Source: Alphaproteobacteria bacterium UBA1185 (lineage in GTDB: Bacteria; Pseudomonadota; Alphaproteobacteria; Rs-D84). Taken from it: a stretch of DNA of 64,000 bases. A program made the position numbers and the translations under genes. The notes below the pieces were generated by a model. That model was not told the origin of the DNA and ran no database searches. It saw nothing but the letters and a program-made list of their open reading frames with translations. The stretch is from contig DBYN01000006.1 in NCBI GenBank assembly GCA_002310415.1, positions 219,249 to 283,248 on the forward strand. Reading direction: 5' to 3'. Below are positions 35,673 to 44,083 of this stretch, piece by piece. How positions within the stretch are numbered: position 1 is the first letter of the stretch; every line of letters starts with the position of its first letter.

Positions 35673-37217
35673 ATGAAAACGCTGGAACCCGCAGAACTCT
35701 ACACACACACACACACACACACACAACTAAAGCGTTGCCTGGCATTTTTATTTTCTGCGGTCTTGTTTGTTTCGTCTGCGTTTAGTACAACTCTTCCATC
35801 TGGTTATACGGAATTAGAATACATTGAATCAACAGGAACGCAATATATTGATACTGATTTTGTATATGATAATAACACCAGGGTTGTTTGGGATATACAA
35901 TTAACAGCACAAATTCCTTCATCTGAAAGTAATAATTCTGGTGTTGGATGGGTTAATAATGATTATGAAAAATTGGGTTTTACAATTAATAAAGATGATT
36001 CAATGTTACGTGTATACAAAGCATTTGCGGCTGAAGCAAATCCCGCTGGAGATACAAGACTTGCCACAATTCAAGTACATAATAATCGTCATGTAATAGA
36101 AATAAATTCACCTATAAACAAAGCATATGTAGATGGTGTTGAATATACATTTGATCCTGCAGTAGGTGATATAAATAATGACTATAATTTAACATTACCT
36201 TTATTTGCTTGGTTAGGCGGGACGGGATATAGACAATATTTTATAGGAAGAATGTATTCTGTAAAAATTTATGACAATGGAACACTAGCAAGAAATATGA
36301 TACCTGCTAAACGCAATTCTGATAATGCTGTAGGTATGTATGATACCATAAATGATGTATTTTATACCAATTCTGGCACAGGAAGTTTTACAGCAGGTCC
36401 AGAAATAACACTTCCAGAATACATACCGTTGGAGTATATTGAAAGCAGTGGAACACAGTATATATGTCTTAATTTTGGTTTTGATAAAACAGACGAAATA
36501 GAAACTGAATTTTCTATTCAAGACACTGATGTTTGTAACAAATATATGGTTGGTACAACAAGCTGGAACACCAATAACAATAGATTTGGAATGGGAGAAC
36601 ATTGTTGGGATTCCACATATAATTTTGCTTATGGTTCTGCTGACAATAGGAATACAAGTTTGTCGCCGCACAGAAGTTTGGACGGACAAATTCATAGATG
36701 GTTTTACAAAGATCTTGTAGTTTCTATTCCAGAACTTTCTACAAGTTTGGATGTTTCGGGTATAACTTTTGGTGGAACCACTACGAACTTGCGGTTGTTT
36801 TACGGCGGGATTAATGGTAGTGTGACAACAGGCAAGATGAAGTATTATAAACATATTAAAAACGGAACAGTTGTGTTTAATGGTATTCCAGCTAAAAGAA
36901 AATCTGATAATGTAGTTGGATTATATGATTTAGTTGGTGATACATTTTATACTAATTCAGGTACAGGTGATTTTATAGCGGGACCTGAAGTAGTAGACAG
37001 TACATGTACAAGTGCAACAGTTATGGGTGAAAATGTCTGTTTAATAGATACAGAACCAAATGGAGATTATATAAATGTCAGATATAATAATGAACAATAT
37101 TATTTAATGCTGGATTCAGAAAATGACTATCCAATACATGTTGGTTCAAGTAATAAATTAAAAATAATAACAAATACCGCTACCTATAACGTTCATGATG
37201 CATCAGTTGTGGAATAA
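35673..37217 (+). CDS. secreted two-module lectin/tail-fibre-like protein, putatively phase-variable
   Basis: 514 aa reading M-K-T-L-E-P-A-E-L-Y-(TH)3-T-Q, then signal peptide LKRCLAFLFSAVLFVSSAFS. Two homologous modules span aa 41-244 and 247-440. Each starts LP..Y..LEYIES(T/S)GTQYI and ends IPAKR.SDN.VG.YD...D.FYTNSGTG.F.AGPE. Confidence 0.7.
   Translation: MKTLEPAELYTHTHTHTQLKRCLAFLFSAVLFVSSAFSTTLPSGYTELEYIESTGTQYIDTDFVYDNNTRVVWDIQLTAQIPSSESNNSGVGWVNNDYEKLGFTINKDDSMLRVYKAFAAEANPAGDTRLATIQVHNNRHVIEINSPINKAYVDGVEYTFDPAVGDINNDYNLTLPLFAWLGGTGYRQYFIGRMYSVKIYDNGTLARNMIPAKRNSDNAVGMYDTINDVFYTNSGTGSFTAGPEITLPEYIPLEYIESSGTQYICLNFGFDKTDEIETEFSIQDTDVCNKYMVGTTSWNTNNNRFGMGEHCWDSTYNFAYGSADNRNTSLSPHRSLDGQIHRWFYKDLVVSIPELSTSLDVSGITFGGTTTNLRLFYGGINGSVTTGKMKYYKHIKNGTVVFNGIPAKRKSDNVVGLYDLVGDTFYTNSGTGDFIAGPEVVDSTCTSATVMGENVCLIDTEPNGDYINVRYNNEQYYLMLDSENDYPIHVGSSNKLKIITNTATYNVHDASVVE
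35701..35724. repeat. perfect (AC)12 dinucleotide microsatellite inside the 5' coding region
   Basis: Read directly: ctct-(ac)12-aactaa. It lies between ATG 35673 and the signal-peptide codons. Confidence 0.98.
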
Positions 37218-37231
37218 GGTTGACGAGTTAT

Positions 37232-38368
37232 TTAAAACCAACCTTTCTTTTCAGATTTGATTCCTGCAAATTCGCTTAATGCTTTCTTTTGTTTTTCGGT
37301 TAATTTTTTGGGTACAATAACACCTGTTTCAATGTACAAGTCCCCAAATCCACCACGTCCATTTGGCATACCATGTGAACGAATTCTTAAACGTTCGCCA
37401 ACCTGGGTTCCAGACGGTATTTTTACAGATAATTTTTTATCATCAATTGTTTCAATTTCTACTTCGCCACCCATTGCCAATGTCGGAAAATCTATATCTA
37501 TGTGCATCAGCAAATCATCGCCAACCCGTTCGAATTTTTTATCTGGTTTAATACGGATGTCTAGATAAAAATCGCCTGCACGACCGCCATTTGGACCCGC
37601 TTCGCCCATGCCAGCCAAACGCAATCTTGCGCCATCTTGGATTCCTGCTGGGATTTTTACATCCAATGTACGTTGTTTGTTAATTGTTCCAATTCCACCA
37701 CATGCGGTACATTTTTTATCAATTTTGCGACCCAAGCCATTACAGTCTGGACAAGGGGTTTCCACAGCAAAAAAGCCCTGACGTGCATGTACATAGCCGG
37801 TTCCGCCACATGTTTTACACGTCGGTGCAGGTTTGCCGTCGGCTGTGCCGTTGCCATTACATTTTTCACATTTCACAGCACTTGAAAATTTTACTGTATG
37901 TGTTGTGCCAAAAAATGCATCTTTTAACTCAATAACAACTTCATCCAATAAATCCCGACCGGATTGTTGTTGTGTGCCGTTACGACGGTCGCCACCAAAA
38001 CCACCGCCAAAACCAAAACCACGCATGGCTTCGCGTAAAATGTCTTCCATTCCGCCCATATCGCCGCCACCCATATTAAAGTGAAAGGCACCATTACCAA
38101 ACGGATTACCACCAAATCCAGCGCCTGCACTTGCGCCATTACCGCCGGCGAATGCCGCATCACCAAATCTGTCATACGCAGCGCGTTTTTGTGGGTCTTT
38201 TAATATATCAAAAGCGTTGTTGACTTCTTTGAATTTTTCTTCGGCAGTTTTATCGCCCGGGTTTTTATCAGGATGATATTTCATAACCAATTTGTGATAC
38301 GCTTTTTTTATATCAACATCGCTAGCATCTTTTGTAACACCCAATATTTCATACGGATTTTTGTTCAT
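37232..38368 (-). CDS. dnaJ: molecular chaperone DnaJ
   Basis: J domain (YEILGV...HPDKNPG), G/F-rich region, and four CxxCxGxG motifs (CEKCNGNG, CKTCGGTG, CPDCNGLG, CTACGGIG). Confidence 0.92.
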   Translation of the reverse strand: MNKNPYEILGVTKDASDVDIKKAYHKLVMKYHPDKNPGDKTAEEKFKEVNNAFDILKDPQKRAAYDRFGDAAFAGGNGASAGAGFGGNPFGNGAFHFNMGGGDMGGMEDILREAMRGFGFGGGFGGDRRNGTQQQSGRDLLDEVVIELKDAFFGTTHTVKFSSAVKCEKCNGNGTADGKPAPTCKTCGGTGYVHARQGFFAVETPCPDCNGLGRKIDKKCTACGGIGTINKQRTLDVKIPAGIQDGARLRLAGMGEAGPNGGRAGDFYLDIRIKPDKKFERVGDDLLMHIDIDFPTLAMGGEVEIETIDDKKLSVKIPSGTQVGERLRIRSHGMPNGRGGFGDLYIETGVIVPKKLTEKQKKALSEFAGIKSEKKGWF

Positions 38369-38518
38369 TTTTTTACCTGTTTAATTCTTTTGTATGAAAT
38401 ATATAGGTTATTTATAATAAAAATCAAGTGTGTTATTGGACTTTTTGCTGTTTTTTTATCGCTTGCACCAATGTCAAAAATGTTCTAATAATATTATGAT
38501 AAAAAAGCGAGAAGTGTA

Positions 38519-40483
38519 ATGAATAAATACGATGCGTCAGATATTCAAGTTCTGGAAGGTTTGGAACCTGTACGTTTACGCCCAGGTATGTATATCGGTG
38601 GAACAGATGAAAAGGCTTGGCATCATTTGCCTGTGGAAATTATGGATAATTCTATTGACGAAGCGGTTGCCGGGTTTGCTAAAAAAATAGTGGTGAATTT
38701 AATTGATTCTAAAACCATAGAAATTACTGATGATGGACGTGGAATACCTGTGGATGAACATCCAAAATATCCGGGAAAATCTGCGCTGGAAGTCATATTA
38801 ACTACGTTACATTCTGGGGGGAAGTTTAACAATAATGTTTATAAAACCAGCGGCGGTTTGCATGGTGTGGGCAGCGCTGTAGTTAATGCTTTGTCATCCG
38901 AGATGATTGTTACTATTTCGCGGGACGGGTATGAATGGCACCAAACTTTTTCTCGTGGTAAAGTAACTTCACCGATTCAACGCGGAGATGTGACGAAAGC
39001 GCATGGAACAAAAATACGTTTTACTTTGGATGATGAAATTTTTGGCGAAAATGCTGTGTTTAAGCCTGTAAAAATCTACCGTATGGCGCGGGCTAAATCT
39101 TTTCTGTCGCGTGGGGTAAAAATTGAATGGCATTGTAATCCGGCGCTTTTGACCGAAGATATGAATATCCCCGCAGACCAGGTGTTGTTTTATCCAAATG
39201 GTGTTGCTGATTTTGTCGCGGAAAAAACAGATTCTAAACCACGTATTTTACCAAAAATTTTTAGCGGTTCTGTTGATTTTCCAGATGATAGTGGTCGTGT
39301 AGAGTGGGCTTTGACTGTGTTAACAGATGAAAATGGTGCTGCATCAGATGACGGATTTTTTGCATCATACTGTAATACAATTGCAACTGTTGATGGTGGC
39401 ACGCATGAAGCAGGATTCAAAGCCGCTATTACAAAAGGGTTAAAGGCATACGGTGAAAAGGTAAACAACAAATCTGCGGTTAGTATTATTGGTGAAGATG
39501 TTTTTGATTCGGTTGCCGCTATTGTTTCCGTTTTTTACAAAACACCACAATTTTTGGGGCAAACCAAAGAAAAACTTTCTAATCCTGAAGTTGCAAGGTA
39601 TACAGAAAATGCTTTGCGTGACCCATGGGAAATGTTTTTGGCATCTGACCCAAAGACTGCGAATGCGTTATTAGATTTTGTTGTAAATTTGGCTAACGCA
39701 CGTATTAAAACAAAACAAGTGAAAGATATTGCGCGTAAAACGCCGACCAAGCGTATTCGTATGCCTGCTAAATTAGCCGATTGTTCCAAACATGGTGTCG
39801 AAGGAACAGAATTGTTTATTGTAGAGGGTGAATCAGCAGGTGGAACCGCTAAGCAGGCACGGGACAGGGCTTTGCAAGCAATCATGCCTTTGCGTGGAAA
39901 GGTTTTAAATGTTTTGTCTAATTCAGATGAGCGGTTTAGTGCAAACAAAGAGTTGAATGATTTAATTGACATTATTGGGGCAGGGACAGCAAAAGATTGG
40001 GACGATTCAAAACTAAGATATGAAAAAATAATCATCATGACAGATGCAGATGTCGACGGCAGTCATATTGCTTCATTGTTAATGGCATTCTTTTACCAAT
40101 ATATGCCACAGTTAATTTACGGGGGGCATTTGTATTTGTCTTGTCCGCCGTTGTATAAATTAACTTGTGGGACAGAATCGGTTTATGTAGATACGGATGA
40201 AGAATTGGAAGAATTGAAAAATGGTAAATACAAAAACAAACGTGTTGAAATATCGCGATTCAAAGGACTTGGTGAAATGATGCCGAATCAGTTGAAAGAA
40301 ACAACTATGTCACCAAAAACACGTCGTTTAATTCGGGTTGATTTGCCACCGAAGACCGAAGATGGTTTGGAAGATACCGAAAAAACAAAAACTTTGGTGT
40401 ATGATTTAATGGGTAAAAAACCTGAATTTCGATTCAAATTTATTACCGAACATGCACAGTTTGTAAAAGATTTGTTTGTATAG
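38519..40483 (+). CDS. parE: DNA topoisomerase IV subunit B (ParE)
   Basis: 654 aa. LEGLEPVRLRPGMYIGGTDE, EGESAGG, PLRGKVLNV and IMTDADVDGSHI motifs. The length and GGTDE variant favour ParE over GyrB. Confidence 0.8.
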   Translation: MNKYDASDIQVLEGLEPVRLRPGMYIGGTDEKAWHHLPVEIMDNSIDEAVAGFAKKIVVNLIDSKTIEITDDGRGIPVDEHPKYPGKSALEVILTTLHSGGKFNNNVYKTSGGLHGVGSAVVNALSSEMIVTISRDGYEWHQTFSRGKVTSPIQRGDVTKAHGTKIRFTLDDEIFGENAVFKPVKIYRMARAKSFLSRGVKIEWHCNPALLTEDMNIPADQVLFYPNGVADFVAEKTDSKPRILPKIFSGSVDFPDDSGRVEWALTVLTDENGAASDDGFFASYCNTIATVDGGTHEAGFKAAITKGLKAYGEKVNNKSAVSIIGEDVFDSVAAIVSVFYKTPQFLGQTKEKLSNPEVARYTENALRDPWEMFLASDPKTANALLDFVVNLANARIKTKQVKDIARKTPTKRIRMPAKLADCSKHGVEGTELFIVEGESAGGTAKQARDRALQAIMPLRGKVLNVLSNSDERFSANKELNDLIDIIGAGTAKDWDDSKLRYEKIIIMTDADVDGSHIASLLMAFFYQYMPQLIYGGHLYLSCPPLYKLTCGTESVYVDTDEELEELKNGKYKNKRVEISRFKGLGEMMPNQLKETTMSPKTRRLIRVDLPPKTEDGLEDTEKTKTLVYDLMGKKPEFRFKFITEHAQFVKDLFV

Positions 40484-40504
40484 TAAAAAAAATATAAACA
40501 AAAG

Positions 40505-40530
40505 AAAATCCGCTGTACAGCGGATTTTTT
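40505..40530. terminator. bidirectional rho-independent terminator (parE / pgsA convergent)
   Basis: AAAA-TCCGCTG-TA-CAGCGGA-TTTTTT. Confidence 0.75.
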
Positions 40531-40544
40531 GATTGGTATTTTGT

Positions 40545-41144
40545 TTATTTTATTTTCTTTAATTTTTGTGCAAATGTAAAGGTGTATTGTACTGCGCTCC
40601 AAATAGAAGACACCAATGCGAACCACAAACAGAATATTCCGACATCTGGCAATGTAGTTATTAAATAAAAGACAAATCTACTTTCTGTGTTTTTGGTGAC
40701 AGAGGCAAAAATTGCAAAGAACAATAGAAATGCAGCAATTGCAATCATTTGGGTTGTTGTTTTAATTTTGCCCATGGACAAGCGCGCTTTGGGTACAGGC
40801 ATTTCAATTTTTTGTGTACCCAGAAATTCACGTAATCCACTTATATACAATTCACGCGCAATCATTATTATTATTGGTATCACAACTGTCCATGTTGGTG
40901 CCATCAATGCCAACATGATGAAAGTGTTGCATACCAGTAATTTATCACCAATATGATCCAAAACACCACCTAACTTAGAACAGCATTTATATTTACGCGC
41001 CAAAAATCCATCAAACCAATCGGATATTGCACCGATAACATATAATGCAAACGCAATCCAGGTCCATTTCACCATAAGTGCCGGTATAATTAAAAATGCG
41101 ATTATTATACGTAAAGATGACAAAAAGTTCACAAATGTTTTCAT
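40545..41144 (-). CDS. pgsA: CDP-diacylglycerol--glycerol-3-phosphate 3-phosphatidyltransferase
   Basis: CDP-alcohol phosphatidyltransferase motif DWFDGFLARKYKCCSKLGGVLDHIGDKLL; 199 aa membrane protein. Confidence 0.85.
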   Translation of the reverse strand: MKTFVNFLSSLRIIIAFLIIPALMVKWTWIAFALYVIGAISDWFDGFLARKYKCCSKLGGVLDHIGDKLLVCNTFIMLALMAPTWTVVIPIIIMIARELYISGLREFLGTQKIEMPVPKARLSMGKIKTTTQMIAIAAFLLFFAIFASVTKNTESRFVFYLITTLPDVGIFCLWFALVSSIWSAVQYTFTFAQKLKKIK

Positions 41145-41171
41145 ATTAATTTCTCCTTTGATAATTGTCTA

Positions 41172-42599
41172 TTATAACAGGTCTGAATGAAAATAGGCAT
41201 AAATTTTTTCTGCAGCAGATTTTCCAAGTTCTGGAACCCGTAGCAAAGATTTTAAATCTGCGTCCATAATTGCGTGTACAGAACCAAAATGTTGTAATAA
41301 TTGTTTTTTGCGAATTGGGCCAATGCCTTCTATTTCGTCCAAACATGATGCTGTTAATTGTTTAGCGCGGACGGAACGATGATACGTTATAACAAATCTG
41401 TGCGCTTCATCACGAACATTACGCAACATTAAAAACAAAGGTGAATCTTTGGCAAGATTATAATTTTCGATTCCATCTGGCATTATAAAATGTTCATCAC
41501 CATTTCTGACTTCACCTTTGGTTACACCCAATACTGGTATTTTATTTTGTGTCACTTTATTAGCAATGTTCCATTGGGCAGGACCACCGTCTACTATTAT
41601 CAAATCTAATTTTGGACCGTTTTCTATTGCACGTGTAACAAATTCTTCCATCATTGCAATATCGTTTCCTGCACGTTTTGTGTCGCGTAATTTAAAATGA
41701 CGATATGCGGATTTTATAAAACCATCATGACCAAAAGCAATCATTGCACCGACTGGATTTTTACCAAATAAATGTGAATTATCAAAAACGCCGACGCAAT
41801 CTAATTTTAACCCTAACCATTTTTCTAATTCGGTTACATTTGTATCCCATTGTAAATTTGATATATATGTGGATTTCTGCTGTATACCACGATTTACAGT
41901 TGTTGTTAATGCAGTGATTTTATCGCGTATAATCGCAGCATTTTCATAATCCATTTTATCTGATAAATCTTTCATTAATTTTGTTAAATCTGCAATTATT
42001 GGTTCGCTGTCCCCAGTTAAAATTCTACGTGCTAATTGAACATTTTTATCATAATTTGTTTGAGACAAACAACATGGTGCGCTGCAACGACCAATTTGAT
42101 ATAATAAACATGGTCTTGAACGATTTTTCATAAATGTATCGTTACATGTTCTTAGTTGACATACTCGTTGCAAGGTTTTTATTGTGTCGTTTAATGCATA
42201 TACTGATGGATATGGACCATAAACGTCTTTGCGCTGAGATATTTTGCCACGAAATTTTAATAAACGTGGAAATTCGTGTTTGGTCAATGCCAACATGGGA
42301 TACATTTTGCCGTCTGTTAGCATAATATTATATTTTGGTTTTAATGTCTTGATTAATTTTTGTTCTAAAATCAGGGCATCCGCTTCTGTTTTAGTTGTTT
42401 CCCAATCTATACGTTTTACCAAAGACCGCATAATTTGTTTGTGGGTTTCCAATTTAGATATATCAACATATTGGCGTAAGCGATGTAAAATATTTTTTGC
42501 TTTGCCGACATACAATAAAATTCCGTCCCCATCAAACATCTTGTAAATTCCTGGGGACATAGGTGCATTTTCTATTAAATCTCTAAATTGAAAATTCAT
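41172..42599 (-). CDS. uvrC: excinuclease ABC subunit C (short form)
   Basis: GIY-YIG (PGIYKMFDGDGILLYVGKAKNILHRLRQY), UVR-like helix (YENAAIIRDKITAL), RNase H-like endonuclease region (VFDNSHLFGKNPVGAMIAF) and C-terminal HhH (IEGIGPIRKKQLL). 475 aa from ATG 42599. Confidence 0.85.
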   Translation of the reverse strand: MNFQFRDLIENAPMSPGIYKMFDGDGILLYVGKAKNILHRLRQYVDISKLETHKQIMRSLVKRIDWETTKTEADALILEQKLIKTLKPKYNIMLTDGKMYPMLALTKHEFPRLLKFRGKISQRKDVYGPYPSVYALNDTIKTLQRVCQLRTCNDTFMKNRSRPCLLYQIGRCSAPCCLSQTNYDKNVQLARRILTGDSEPIIADLTKLMKDLSDKMDYENAAIIRDKITALTTTVNRGIQQKSTYISNLQWDTNVTELEKWLGLKLDCVGVFDNSHLFGKNPVGAMIAFGHDGFIKSAYRHFKLRDTKRAGNDIAMMEEFVTRAIENGPKLDLIIVDGGPAQWNIANKVTQNKIPVLGVTKGEVRNGDEHFIMPDGIENYNLAKDSPLFLMLRNVRDEAHRFVITYHRSVRAKQLTASCLDEIEGIGPIRKKQLLQHFGSVHAIMDADLKSLLRVPELGKSAAEKIYAYFHSDLL

Positions 42600-42647
42600 A
42601 ATAGATATGATACAATACAAATTGTAAAAATCAAATAGAGGTGTGAT

Positions 42648-43109
42648 ATGAAACAAGAATCTGGACGTTCAATGATAGAAATGATAGGTGTATTGGCCAT
42701 TATGGCTGTTATAACAGCGGGTGCATTTGTGCTTATTTCTACGGCTTTTCATACCCAGAAACGCAGTCGTGTAACTGATGATGTGGCAAGCATTGTGTCG
42801 GGTGTGCGTAGTTTGTTGGGCGAATATGATGATTTTTCTAATATAGATAATTCTACTATTTTTGGTGCAATAGCAGTTAGCAATAAAAATCCATATGGTG
42901 GCACGTATGAATTGGCTGTTGATACCGCCAATCCTCGTCAGTTTATTGTTAGTATAAATGGTTTATCTAAATCTGATTGTGAGGGTTTGATTACCAAAGC
43001 ATGGACTGATTCGGTTGGTTATACAACATCTAATCGTAAAGAAAGTGGTGCGACTGGTAAATGTTTGGACGGCAATAATAATATTGTGTCTATTACGTAT
43101 GGCGAATAA
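42648..43109 (+). CDS. type IV pilin-like protein (prepilin-type N-terminus)
   Basis: MKQESG|RSMIEMIGVLAIMAVITAGAFVLI has a short basic leader, Gly at -1, Glu at +5 and a hydrophobic helix. A C-terminal Cys pair (SDCEGL...GKCLDG) is present; 153 aa. Confidence 0.7.
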   Translation: MKQESGRSMIEMIGVLAIMAVITAGAFVLISTAFHTQKRSRVTDDVASIVSGVRSLLGEYDDFSNIDNSTIFGAIAVSNKNPYGGTYELAVDTANPRQFIVSINGLSKSDCEGLITKAWTDSVGYTTSNRKESGATGKCLDGNNNIVSITYGE

Positions 43110-43112
43110 TGT

Positions 43113-44075
43113 ATGGCTGAATTTATCAAGATTTCCGAAGTTGAAGCAGGAACACGTTTGTTGCGGTGGTTTTTAAGGCATTATCCGGCTATGCCCCAGA
43201 GGGAGTTTTATAAACTATGTCGTGGTGGGCAAATCAGGGTAAATTCTTCGCGATGCAAAGGTATGGAGATTTTATCTGCGGGTGATGTGATTCGGATTCC
43301 ACCAACATTACGTTCTTTTCAGACAGTATCAAAAGTAGAAACAGGTGTTAAATTTTCATTATCTGATTTAGAGAGTTTACGAAAATGTATTCTATACAAC
43401 GATGCAGATATTGTTGTTTTTAATAAGCCTGCGGGGTTGGCAGTTCAGGGTGGAACGGGTATAAAAAAATCTATTGATAAAATGGTGACGGCTTTGTTCC
43501 CTTATGATAAACCTTCTTTGGTTCATCGTTTAGATAAAGAAACCAGTGGATTATTGGTTGTTGCAAAAAATCAACGTGCTGCACAAGATTTATCAAAACA
43601 GTTTCAAAATAAAACTGCACACAAAGATTATCTTGCTTTGTTACAGGGAACAATTGCTGATAAATCTGGTGTCATAGATAATTATGTTGTCAAAGGTCGG
43701 GTGTTTGAAAATATTTCTGATGCCCCAAAAGATTTGCATCCACAGCGTGCAATTACAGAATACAAAGTATTAGGTGAAGCATCAGGTTTATTATCATGGG
43801 TTTTGTTTTCACCAAAAACGGGACGCACACATCAATTAAGATTGCACAGTGCTTATTCTTTACATGCCCCGATTGTTGGTGATGATTTATATGGTGAAAC
43901 TCGCGGGGAATTAAATACTGTTTTGGGTGCGATGTTAAAAACACAGAAATTATTTTTGTTTGCATATAAAATAACTTTCAGACATCCTAGCACAGGTAAA
44001 ACAATTATGTTACGTGCAACTTTGCCTGATTTTATGCAATCAGTAGTTCAATTTTTAGAATTTAAAATTCCATAG
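43113..44075 (+). CDS. RluA-family 23S rRNA pseudouridine synthase (RluC/RluD-like) with S4 domain
   Basis: HRLDKETSGLLVVAKN catalytic motif, TGRTHQLRLH, and an N-terminal S4-like region. Confidence 0.85.
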   Translation: MAEFIKISEVEAGTRLLRWFLRHYPAMPQREFYKLCRGGQIRVNSSRCKGMEILSAGDVIRIPPTLRSFQTVSKVETGVKFSLSDLESLRKCILYNDADIVVFNKPAGLAVQGGTGIKKSIDKMVTALFPYDKPSLVHRLDKETSGLLVVAKNQRAAQDLSKQFQNKTAHKDYLALLQGTIADKSGVIDNYVVKGRVFENISDAPKDLHPQRAITEYKVLGEASGLLSWVLFSPKTGRTHQLRLHSAYSLHAPIVGDDLYGETRGELNTVLGAMLKTQKLFLFAYKITFRHPSTGKTIMLRATLPDFMQSVVQFLEFKIP

Positions 44076-44083
44076 GTGAAAAA

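Noticed and set aside
35268-35726. 152-aa minus-strand ORF starting MCVCVCVCV.
   Set aside because: It is an artefact of reading the (AC)12 tract on the other strand. It overlaps the dnaA 3' end and terminator.
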